From NCBI GenBank assembly GCA_002269645.1, contig NIVC01003164.1, positions 1 to 32,323 of the forward strand: DNA of 32,323 nucleotides, written 5' to 3'. The position numbers and the translations under genes were made by a program. Source of the DNA: Macrostomum lignano (taxonomy: Eukaryota). Below, in pieces: positions 22,216-32,323 of the stretch; the stretch's first letter is position 1; each line of letters starts with the position of its first letter. The notes below the pieces were generated by a model. It saw nothing but the letters and a program-made list of their open reading frames with translations, ran no database searches and was not told the DNA's origin.

Positions 22216-24689
22216 TGACAGAGTGTATACAATATGCAGTCCAGAACAAGATGAGACTCAACTGATGAAACACTGGACTAAGTGCACACCTGGTCTTCCA
22301 GGTAGATATACACATGCATTATAAAAAAACCAATGAAATTTTCTTTAATAGATGAACAATAGGCAACATTCAGTTAGTACATGCATAATGTGAATAAAAT
22401 TCTTATTAAAACCTGCTTCAATAGGTTTTTGGTTATTAAAAAATTGAAGATATTTTTGACTATAGAGAAATTTAAACCCAACCATAATTATATTAATAAA
22501 TTGACAATTTTTGCTGCACTAGAATTGAGCAATTTGGGCACACAAAATTCAAGAACACGGGCAAACTTTTTGCTGCATACCTTCTTAAACAAGCATCAAA
22601 TTGCCAGCACTCGACCATTAAGACATTAAACCATTCTATTAGAAGGTCATATTGTTTTTTTGTAAATGCAAGAAGAAATATAAATAAATTATCAAAGGGA
22701 TTCTCCCTTTAAAAATTTTTAAATAGTTGATACATTTTTAAATGTAAAAAATTTTTAAATAGTTAAATAGTTTTTAAATAGCTGATTAAATATTTTTTAG
22801 AGGCTAAGATTAAACTACACTAATTATTATATTGAATATTTGGCTTAATATACTACTAGCATCAAAATTATTTTATATAATTTATCTATAATTTCTATTT
22901 TCTATATATTAATATTTACCAATTGACTATCCTATTTAGCAATTATTAGAATTAGAAGTATCAACTTCTATACTTAAAATTTCTAAATATTAACTCTATT
23001 ACAACAAAATCATAAAATCATAAATATATAATCATCCCTTTTACTCATTGTTATACTACTGTCTTTCTAGATCAAGGTAGATCCAAGGGGCCATGGACCC
23101 TACTTAGCTAGGGCCAAAACATTTGGGCCATATATTTACATTATTATTTTTTTTACCTATTATATGTATCACTATTAAAATGACTTAGTAATTTTACTAT
23201 AGTCATAGATATAGATTGGTCCCTTTCCTTAATTTTGTCTCTAAATTTCCAAAACTAATTAAAAGTCTAATTTTGTCTTGAAACAAGTGCTCTTACAAGC
23301 CAATGAATAGGCCCTAACTTTAGGTGCACAAGACGAACATATGATATTACTCAGACTACTTATACGATGCTGCAAAATCCATCCTTCTTAGGCCGGAATA
23401 AAAATTTGAGTGATCGTGGCTTTCAAATTAGTGCTATTTTTGTTGCTGCTCTAACTTGATTAAAACACATGCTTTGAAGGTTAAAATCCAAATGAGTTTA
23501 AGTAGGCCTAATTGGTCTAGGAGTGAAAATTAAAATGCAAAGCACCACGCTGTTGTTGTATATATCCTATTCAATAAAGAAGTAATATATATAGAGTCCG
23601 TTGTTTTAGATCGATTGGAGATCTTGCGTAGCTGGCGAATACACCCCACTTACATTATTGTACCTCTGGAATTGCATTGGCTATTGATCCTTTTGATATG
23701 CACAAAATTATTGAGCGAATGCGTTTTAGCTATAGCCAATGCGGGTTAGTCGACGCGGCCAGAATTTTGTAATAGGAATTAAAAAATAAGATATTATAAC
23801 ACCGTATGCATGTATTTGCTAACAACCAAAGGAGGAATGGCCGGTGCCCTGCTGGGGATCTTACGCGATCAAGAGTAAAAACTGGAACGAGGGGCGATTT
23901 CGGACATACGAGCGTAGACATAAAACGATGCCCCGGCCCTTCTAACTTGAATACCAATTTATGCACAACACGTCGAATTAATGTAAGTATCTTTCGTAGC
24001 TACATGCCTCTCCGAGTTGCAGCTTGTCAGAAATCACCGCCACACGTGGCTTGTGTATGGCCAATAGCAAAACCTTTAGAAAGTCGCATCATATACGATG
24101 TAGACAATGTCGATATATCGATGATAACCTTGATCAAGGCGTTCTTCTGAGCGGCCAGAGCATGTATACAATTTCCTCTTTGTGTAGCACTATACACCAT
24201 TCTCACACGCTGTGGTCAAACGATGGAATGCACAACAGCGTGGTCCGTTGCGAATGTTTATGGTTAGTATAAGACTCGCCATTGATTCATGTTTGAAATT
24301 TTCATTTGTGCTCTATAGACCAATGACCGATGACAATGACGCTCTCTCAATCCTTTAAAGCTACTTCTTAATATGATCTTTGAAATGCGCATTTAAAAGC
24401 GCTGATAGAGTTTATACATGTACGCTCGTATACATGTATCACTACCTCACTATATATATAACATCTGTGCTTACACCAGAAAGAATTTACTTGGATTTTG
24501 GTCTCTTGTCTACATTTAGTTAACTCGCACTGGTCTGTGAAACTTGGGCTACTATATGCACGTACTGTAATAAGTCTTTACTTCATGTAGACATACGGTA
24601 TACGTGTGCATTATGAGGGTCATGGTTGATCGATTAATGATCAAGTTTTTCGATGCAATCAGTGCCAGCATTACAACTATCTGTGACGC

Positions 24690-24931
24690 CAGTGGCGGAT
24701 CTAGAGTTTCATTTGGGGGGGGGGAGCGGTCCAAGTTTGGGGCGCCAACACGAGTGTAAGGGGCGCCAATTTTTAAGCTAGGGGCGCAAAAAAATGCGTG
24801 TAGGGGGCGAAAAATCAAGTTTAGGGGGCGCAAAGTTAGGTTTTTGGGGGGCGCAATATGTTCGGTCAAGCTATTTTGGGGGGGCGGCTGCCCCCCCCCC
24901 CCCCGCCCCCTCCCCACTAAATCCACCCCTG
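24690..24931. mobile_element. non-autonomous hAT-type DNA transposon (MITE), 242 bp
   Basis: The left end is CAGTGGCGGATCTAG and the right end CTAAATCCACCCCTG (12/15 match to the reverse complement). An 8-bp TSD flanks it: TGTGACGC (24682..24689) and TGTGATGC (24932..24939). Internal poly-G/poly-C tracts and GGGGCGC repeats are present. CAG termini with an 8-bp TSD are hAT hallmarks. Confidence 0.8.
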
Positions 24932-25451
24932 TGTGATGCTTAAGGTCGTAGTTATGCCAAATTTACCACAAATGAAACAAATTACAGGCAAAATTCAAGA
25001 TCGATAATGTAATCTAACAGAGCATGTGTGCGTTAATTGGTGCGCAATGCAGTATAGTATACAACAGACAGTTAATACGTGCGGATTGTAGATGCTGATA
25101 AAAATGAGTACGAGCTAAAGCCTACTCGCGTGCAATCTAATTATCATAGGTAGATAAGTTCACTGAGGTGTTACGTGAATTAGATTATTGTAGAACAACA
25201 TCTTGTGTTCTACTATACATGTACAAGCCATTGATAGTTTCACTCGAAAGTTCTTTATACAGCAGTAGTATATAGAGCGAAAGAAGTCATTGAAAATCAT
25301 AAAAAATCGCGAAAAAATAAAAACCGAAACTTAACATTCAATTCGAAACGTACAGTTGGTTACAGTTTCATTGCTTCACTTATTCGATTCCGGGCATGCC
25401 TATACTCCTGCTCTAATCCAATGCAGCTAAGCAGTAATGGCAACAGTTTTA

Positions 25452-27293
25452 TCAGGCAATCTCGATAGCAGCCGCCTTCTCTAGGCCCAGCTCCTTGATC
25501 ACGTCCTCCCTGAGCTTGAACTTCTGCACCTTGCCGGTGACGGTCATGGGGTACTCGTCTCTAAACAGAACGTAGCGCGGGATCTTGAAGTGGGCGATTT
25601 CATCCTTGCAGTAGGCTTTGAGCTCCGCCTCTGTCAACGACATTCCAGGCCGTAGACGGACGACAACGCAGAGCTCCTCGCCCATTCGTTCGTCTGGTAC
25701 TCCGACGATTTGGGCGTCAGCGATGGCTGGATGGCCGTGCAGAAAGTTCTCAATTTCTACCGGGTAGATGTTCTCCCCGCCGCGGATGACCATGTCCCGG
25801 ATTCGGCCTCGAATGTGACCGTAACCGTCAGCATCCAGAAAGCCGATGTCGCCTGTGCGGTACCAGCGGTCCTCGCCGATCACCTCCGAGGTCTTCTCGG
25901 TGTCGTTGAAGTAGCCGCGCATCACCGCATAGCCACGGATGCAGATTTCGCCACGCTGTCCAATTGGCAGCGCGCGGCCCTCCGGGTCTGCGATTTTCAC
26001 CTCCATGTGCGCCGACGGACGACCAACTGAGGCCGTCCGCTTCTTCAGACTATCGTCCGGCATGCCCTGAAACGTGACAGGGCTGTTCTCCGTGGTCCCG
26101 TACGCAATGGTCACGCGGTCCATGTGCAGCTCGGACACGATTCGGCGCATCACCTCCACCGGACAGGGCGATCCGGCAATAATGCCAGTTTGCAGCGACC
26201 GGAGATTCCGCTTGCTAACGTCAGGCTGGGACAGGATGTCGATGAACATTGTTGGCGTGCCATAGAGCGCCGTGCACTTTTCCGCCTCCACAGTGCTCAA
26301 AGTAGCCGCCGGTTCGAAGCTCGGCGACGGATAGATGCAGGTTGCTCCGTGCAGTACAATCTGCAGGTTGCCAAGGCCCATGCCGAAGCAGTGATAGAAC
26401 GGCACCTGAACGCAGATGCGCGCCACGTGTTTGTGGAATTCGCACCGCATGCCGACGAAGTACGCATTGTTTAGAATATTGTGATGCGTTAGCGCCGCTC
26501 CTTTCGGACTGCCTGTAGTGCCCGAGGTGAACTGGATGTTGATTACGTCGTCCATTTGCAGGCGCTCGGCGAGTTTGTGAAGCTGCTTCTCGGTGTTGGG
26601 ATCGGCGCTTCCGGCTCGACACACTTCATCGTACAGGAAGGCACCCGGCCGCTCCTCCTGACCCATCATCACCACGTGAGACAGCGAGGGCATGACCGAG
26701 CTTGACAGGCCGCCCACTCGCGACTTTGGCAGCTCCGGGCAGAGTTCACACAGCATTGCGTAGTAATCGGACGTCTTGAAGTTGGGCGCCGAGACCAGGG
26801 CTCGAATGCCGACTCGGTTGACGCAGTACTCGAGCTCGTGCGGCCGGTAGGCCGGGTTGATGTTCACCAGCACCAGCCCAGCCTTGGCAGCGGCAAACTG
26901 AGTGGTGACCCACTCTCGACTGTTCGGTCCCCAAATACCCAGCCTATCGCCCGGGTTCAGGCCCAGCGACAGAAAGCCTCTGGCTAGTTGGTCAACTTCG
27001 GCACGGAACTCCGCCATAGTGCGGCGCTGCGGCTCGCTGCCGTCCCGACCGCCGCCGAAACGAAACACGAAGGCCTCCCGGTCGGGATTTTTAGCGACCG
27101 CCACGTCCAGCAGCTGGCCAATCGTGCCGCCCATCAGCGGGATGTCGGTCGGGCCGCAGGCGTAGCTTAAGCGCTCCGGCGGCGGCGAAGGCAACTGCTG
27201 GAAGTGCAGGCGGCTGGCCAGCGACAGACGACGCAGTGTCCTGGCAGCGACTGTCACCGATGCCAGCAACCTCGTGCTGATCGTTGATGCCAT
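25452..27293 (-). CDS. ACSF2: ACSF2-like acyl-CoA synthetase (medium-chain, probably mitochondrial), 613 aa, intronless CDS
   Basis: Continuous ORF with the adenylate-forming motifs FTSGTTGSPKG, YGTTE, RTGDIG, IRGRIRDMVIRGGENIYPVEIE, FKIPRY and TGKVQK. The first in-frame ATG is at 27293 (AAAAACATGG context). The N-terminus is Arg/Ser/Ala/Leu-rich and free of acidic residues, like a mitochondrial presequence. Confidence 0.92.
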   Translation of the reverse strand: MASTISTRLLASVTVAARTLRRLSLASRLHFQQLPSPPPERLSYACGPTDIPLMGGTIGQLLDVAVAKNPDREAFVFRFGGGRDGSEPQRRTMAEFRAEVDQLARGFLSLGLNPGDRLGIWGPNSREWVTTQFAAAKAGLVLVNINPAYRPHELEYCVNRVGIRALVSAPNFKTSDYYAMLCELCPELPKSRVGGLSSSVMPSLSHVVMMGQEERPGAFLYDEVCRAGSADPNTEKQLHKLAERLQMDDVINIQFTSGTTGSPKGAALTHHNILNNAYFVGMRCEFHKHVARICVQVPFYHCFGMGLGNLQIVLHGATCIYPSPSFEPAATLSTVEAEKCTALYGTPTMFIDILSQPDVSKRNLRSLQTGIIAGSPCPVEVMRRIVSELHMDRVTIAYGTTENSPVTFQGMPDDSLKKRTASVGRPSAHMEVKIADPEGRALPIGQRGEICIRGYAVMRGYFNDTEKTSEVIGEDRWYRTGDIGFLDADGYGHIRGRIRDMVIRGGENIYPVEIENFLHGHPAIADAQIVGVPDERMGEELCVVVRLRPGMSLTEAELKAYCKDEIAHFKIPRYVLFRDEYPMTVTGKVQKFKLREDVIKELGLEKAAAIEIA

Positions 27294-27317
27294 GTTTTTC
27301 ACCGCTGCTGCTGGCTT

Positions 27318-27350
27318 CTGGGAGAAGCAGATAAACAGTGAGTAACTCAC
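27318..27350 (-). other. predicted 33-nt intron in the ACSF2 5' UTR
   Basis: The minus strand reads AAG|GTGAGTTACTCACTGTTTATCTGCTTCTCCCAG|AAG: a consensus donor, a branch-like TACTCAC, a pyrimidine tract and a CAG acceptor. Confidence 0.6.
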
Positions 27351-28104
27351 CTTGTATTCGTTTCCGCTCTTCTCTAGTCCTGGTCCTTCTGTATTTTAAC
27401 CTGGCATTTATTCTAGCAAAATGCACGTTTGCAATGAAAAGCTCTTTTGTTGGAGGTTTGGGGTGGCTGGCTTTGTCACTGAGTGTACATTGGGCAGATA
27501 CAGTACTGACCGCGGAGGCTTCAGGTAAAGAGGGGACGGGGTAGAGGCTATCACGTGATGCCCGTGTGTGGTCTCTCTCTCTCTTTCTCTAATTAGTACT
27601 TTTCAGTGTGCAAAATGTAAAATGTAAATCCAAAATGTGCAAAAAAGGGTCTATTTTTTAAGCCGGGGGTGAGAGTGTGAGAAAAGTGTGAGTGAGCATT
27701 GCTGAAAAAGCAAATTCGCACAACGAATGCTCTTCAAAGCGGGCAGAAGAAAAGGCCAGTCAGAAGTGCAGAAATACAGTAAAAGTGCAGTCAGATGCTG
27801 TAGTTTTTTTTTAATACCCAAGAAGCTTAGGGGCAGTCTTGTTTTTTTGTACTTTTAGATGTTGCGCTGAAAGCTGGTTGCGTATTGAATTACGAGTTGA
27901 AGGTTAATTGACAGGCTGGGACCGTCAATTAGAGTTAAAATTGTCAGTTTGCTTGAGTGGCAGAAGTTTTAAGCTGGATAAAGTAAAGTCATCTAGGCTC
28001 GTGTGCGGAGAGCATCATTCTTTAAAGATATGATTGAAGATATAGTTGTACTAGTTGGTAGAGGTCATTCCTAAACAGAAGATCAACAAGCCGCTTGTTG
28101 GTGG

Positions 28105-28860
28105 CAGATCTGAAGGGTATCATCCAGATCTGAAGGGCATTATCTAGAACTGAAGGGTATTATTTAGAACTGAAGGGTATTATCCAGTTCTGAAGGGTAT
28201 TATCCAGAACTGAAGGGTATTATCCAGATCTGAATGGTATTATCCAGATCTGAAGGGTATTATCCAGAACTGAATGGTATTATCCAGATCTGAAGGGTAT
28301 TATCCAGAACTGAAGGGTATTATCCAAAACTGAATGGTATTATCCAGATCTGAATGGTATTGTCCAGATCTGAAGGGTATTATCCAGATCTGAAGGGTAT
28401 TATTCAGATCTGAAGGGTATTATTCAGATCTGAAGGGTATTATCCAGATCTGAAGGGTATTATTCAGATCTGAAGGGTATCATCCAGATCTGAAGGGCAT
28501 TATCTAGAACTGAAGGGTATTATTTAGAACTGAAGGGTATTATCCAGTTCTGAAGGGTATTATCCAGAACTGAAGGGTATTATCCAGATCTGAATGGTAT
28601 TATCCAGATCTGAAGGGTATTATCCAGAACTGAATGGTATTATCCAGATCTGAAGGGTATTATCCAGAACTGAAGGGTATTATCCAGAACTGAATGGTAT
28701 TATCCAGATCTGAATGGTATTGTCCAGATCTGAAGGGTATTATCCAGATCTGAAGGGTATTATTCAGATCTGAAGGGTATTATTCAGATCTGAAGGGTAT
28801 TATCCAGATCTGAAGGGTATTATTCAGATCTGAAGGGTATTATCCAGATCTGAAGGGTAT
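28105..28860. repeat. 20-bp minisatellite, about 38 copies (CAGATCTGAAGGGTATTATC), with a 360-bp higher-order duplication
   Basis: 20-bp periodicity; 28121..28480 and 28481..28840 differ at one base (28327). Confidence 0.98.
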
Positions 28861-29875
28861 TTTCGAATAATCAGAGGGGAGCTATTTCGATATTTCAAAG
28901 TCTGAAGGGTTTTTCCTCGTTTTGATGCTCAACAACTTGTTTCTGTTTGTTGTCAAGCAGTCAAATTTAACCGAGACGCAAGAATATTCTGACAGTGAGA
29001 AATATTAGACATCACCCGCTGTTCTCAAGTCCGGGTTGCGAATGAGTAGCATATATCGTGTATAAAGCTTATTTTTCAGACGGAGCGTTGCGTATTTCTC
29101 GGCGTGTTTATTAGAGGAGAGTTATTATTGAAAAAAATAATTCACATATTAAAAAGTTAGCGCGATAAATAACAATAGCGAGGTGGGCGCTGAGGTGCCA
29201 GCGAGCCAGAGAGCTAAAAATAATGTGCCGATTTATTGGAAAAAACATCCGGAAATTTCCTCAGGGTTTCAAGATTTTATTCTGATTGTTAATTATAAAA
29301 TAACATCTCTTAGTGCTCTTGGATAGCGAAAATTAGTGGGGACAGACAGTTGCAATAATTAAAGACAGACTGCTCAGAAATCAGGCGAAAAATGGTTTAA
29401 AAATTATAGGCAAAAAGTCAACAACAAGCCAATAAAAGTTTTGAAGTCAGGATAGGCAATCTATAGAGAAACTATATGCACAGCCAATGGAGGGTTGGTC
29501 CTCAGATTTTGAGTAGATATTTTTGCGAGCTAAGGGAGATATCCGATAGTATGACTGCTATTAAGCATTGATACAGTAGTTAATAGTTATTCATAATATC
29601 GGTATAGTATAGGGTTTCAAGAGTACTTAAAAGTGCACATGCACTTCAGCTAGACAAAGCAACAACATCGGAGACTAGCAGCTAAGGGTGCTTTGTTTTC
29701 GATTGTTACAAATTTGTAGCTCTGAAGCACTGCAGTTCTGTAGGAAATTTTGCTTCGATTGTCGGCGTTGGCGCCTCCTCCGAGACCTGCGGCGCTTCTG
29801 GACGTCTGCAACAGGGATGACTGCGCTTTCAGGTCCCATCTGCAGCCACTGATTCTCAGTTCTTAAGCAGCTCCT

Positions 29876-30937
29876 GCCTACCAGTGCACACACAGCTACC
29901 TACCAGAGCACACAACAGCTACCTACCAGAGCACACAACAGCTACCTACCAGAGCACCCAACAGCTGCCTACCAGAGCAGCCAATAGCTACCTACCAGAG
30001 CACCCAACAGCTAACTACCAGAGCACTCAACAGCTGCCTACCAGAGCACTCAACAGCTGCCTACCAGAGCAGCCAACAGCTGCCTACCAGAACACCCAAT
30101 AGCTGCCTACCAGAGCAGCCAACAGCTGCCTACCAGAGCAGCCAACAGCTGCCTACCAGAGCACTCAACAGCTGCCTACCAGAGCAGCCAACAGCTGCCT
30201 ACCAGAACACCCAATAGCTGCCTACCAGAGCAGCCAACAGCTGCCTACCAGAGCAGCCAACAGCTACCTACCAGAGCACTCAACAGCTACCTACCAGAGC
30301 ACCCAACAGCTGCCTACCAGAACACACAACAGCTACCTACCAGAGCACCCAACCCAACAGCTACCTACCAGAACACACAACAGCTACCTACCAGAACACT
30401 CAACAGCTACCTACCAGAGCACCCAACAGCTGCCTACCAGAACACACAACAGCTACCTACCAGAGCACCCAACAGCTGCCTACCAGAACACACAACAGCT
30501 GCCTACCAGAGCAGCCAACAGCTGGCTACCAGAGCAGCCAACAGCTGCCTACCAGAGCAGCCAACAGCTGCCTACCAGAACACACAACAGCTGCCTACCA
30601 GAGCAGCCAACAGCTGCCTACCAGAGCAGCCAACAGCTGCCTACCAGAGCACACAACAGCTACCTACCAGAACACACAACAGCTACCTACCAGAGCAGCC
30701 AACAGCTACCTACCAGAGCAGCCAACAGCTACCTACCAGAGCAGCCAACAGCTGCCTACCAGAACACACAACAGCTGCCTACCAGAGCAGCCAACAGCTG
30801 CCTACCAGAGCAGCCAACAGCTGCCTACCAGAGCACACAACAGCTACCTACCAGAACACACAACAGCTACCTACCAGAGCAGCCAACAGCTACCTACCAG
30901 AGCAGCCAACAGCTACCTACCAGAGCAGCCAACAGCT
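29876..30937. repeat. 23-bp minisatellite, about 46 copies (GCCTACCAGAGCAGCCAACAGCT)
   Basis: Tandem periodicity with a variable middle (GCAGCC/GCACAC/ACACAC/GCACTC/GCACCC) and CTG/CTA variants. Confidence 0.97.
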
Positions 30938-31271
30938 GGTACCTATCTAGAATAAAGCACACAAAACGAGTCCAGCAGCTTACCTCAGTTTTCAGCCTGA
31001 GGCGGCCCGTTGCCTGAAACAAGTTGTGGTCAGGGAGGAAAATTCGAATATTATTTAAGCTTATGAACTGGTCAAATTGCTGTTAGTAGAAATGGTGAGA
31101 CTACATTAAAAACTAATTCAAGATGAGTCTAATTCGAGCTATTTTACTCAGTCTTCAGGTAAGACAACAATAAGCATAATTTAAAAGATTACGGAAAGGT
31201 TTAACATAAATGTCCTTCGTGCAGTTTGTGCAAAATTTGTGTCAAAACTTGTACTAAAATGGAGAGCACAG

Positions 31272-31316
31272 TTTAGGTTAGGGTTTAGGATTAGGGTTTA
31301 GGTTAGGTTTAGGTTT
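31272..31316 (+). repeat. short degenerate telomere-like tract (TTAGGG/TTTAGG/TTAGG)
   Basis: TTTAGGTTAGGGTTTAGGATTAGGGTTTAGGTTAGGTTTAGGTTT contains two perfect TTAGGG units. Confidence 0.55.
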
Positions 31317-31940
31317 GTCAGTCAGACTGTGATAGACCCGCTAATATTAGTGCGTTGTCAAAATGATAATCATCTTACTGCTTCTACTGTTAGTAACCAC
31401 ATGCAGATTTTATTGTAGTTTTTTTCAACGTTTAGATTTTTCAGTAGTTTATGCACAATGTACTTTAATTTGAATTCTAATTGTTAAAACAACACGCTGG
31501 AACTTTGTGACGATGAGGCATTAGTAACGCTTAGGAGGCTGGCCAATTCTACCTTCGGCATCGTGCAACTCCTGGACTCGTCTGGCCGCCTGCTCGCGAT
31601 GTCATCGATCAGTGCTTTGGCTGCAATCCGTAGGTTGATAGCGCTCTGCTTTATCGCGAGGATAATCTGCTAATCCAGCTGCTAAGCTACTGGAATCGTG
31701 GGATTATGTGACAGGTGAAGCAAGAGGAAGAGGCCTGCGTTCCAAATCAGTCCAAATCATAAAGAATTTCGGCATGCAGCTAAGCACAGCTTCTAACACT
31801 GTCTAAAGAATTGGATAGCGAGCTGCATCATTCAAAAACCAAACTTTTTAGGTTGACCCGCAAAATCTTACTTTGAATTTGAAGAGACTCAAATCCAGCG
31901 TCCATCGTAAATCACATTCCTGCACCCTACCCAGTCTAGT

Positions 31941-32323
31941 AATAATCTATAGCACCCCACATCACTCCTGCCCGCACAATAATCTATAGCAACCACCTCA
32001 CTCCTGCCCGCACAATAATCTATAGCACCCACCTCACTCCTGCCCACACAATAATCTATAGCACCCACCTCACTCCTGCCCGCTCAATAATCTATAGCAC
32101 CCACCTCACTCCTGCCCGCACAATAAACTAAAAGCACCCACCTCACTCCTGCCCGCACAATAATCTATAGCACCCACCTCACTCCTGCCCACACAATAAT
32201 CTAAAAGCACCCACCTCACTCCTGCCCGCACAATAATCTATAGCACCCACCTCACTCCTGCCCACACAATAATCTAAAAGCACCCACCTCACTCCTGACT
32301 GCACAATAATCTATAGCATCCAC
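31941..32323. repeat. 36-bp minisatellite, at least 10 copies, running off the window end
   Basis: Unit ATAATCTATAGCACCCACCTCACTCCTGCCCGCACA. Confidence 0.97.

Noticed and set aside
23064-23250. Possible older relative of the 24690 MITE (TCAAGGTAGATCCAAGGGGGCC ... CTAAATTTCC)
   Set aside because: The ends are too decayed and there is no TSD, so it cannot be supported without a family consensus.
24024-24272. ORF starting MANSKTFRKSHHIRCRQCRY, superficially like a YPEL N-terminus
   Set aside because: The similarity is limited to SKTF and one CxxC. None of the invariant YPEL core follows, so it is probably chance.
25710-27426. Antisense and alternative-frame ORFs overlapping ACSF2
   Set aside because: These are expected shadows of a GC-rich coding sequence, with no recognisable motifs.
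29700-29860. GC-rich patch read as a possible exon (LRDLRRFWTSATG)
   Set aside because: There is no convincing motif, consistent splice phase or partner exon.

Overview
Eukaryotic (animal) genomic DNA with GT-AG introns and no operons, rRNA or CRISPR. The gene style (GC-rich exons in AT-rich intergenic DNA, very short introns, dense tandem repeats) suggests an invertebrate such as a free-living flatworm, but that is inference. From left to right the window holds: (1) the 3' part of a degenerate TTLL10-like tubulin glycylase gene with its catalytic residues lost; (2) five tandem minus-strand paralogs of a two-exon gene for a secreted signal peptide + WSC domain + PAN/apple-like domain protein, of which two have open frames and three are disrupted to different degrees; (3) a Gypsy integrase remnant, a 2.1-kb (TTAG)n array and a 28 x 72-bp satellite between copies D and E; (4) a tRNA-derived SINE with 16-bp target-site duplications whose tRNA head carries a 20-fold tandem amplification; (5) an intact two-exon yippee-like (YPEL) gene; (6) a hAT-type MITE with an 8-bp TSD; (7) an ACSF2-like acyl-CoA synthetase with an intronless CDS; (8) several minisatellites with higher-order structure. 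About 7.5 kb (roughly 23%) is tandem repeat. All protein assignments come from remembered motifs, not database searches. Some single-base indels may be assembly errors.
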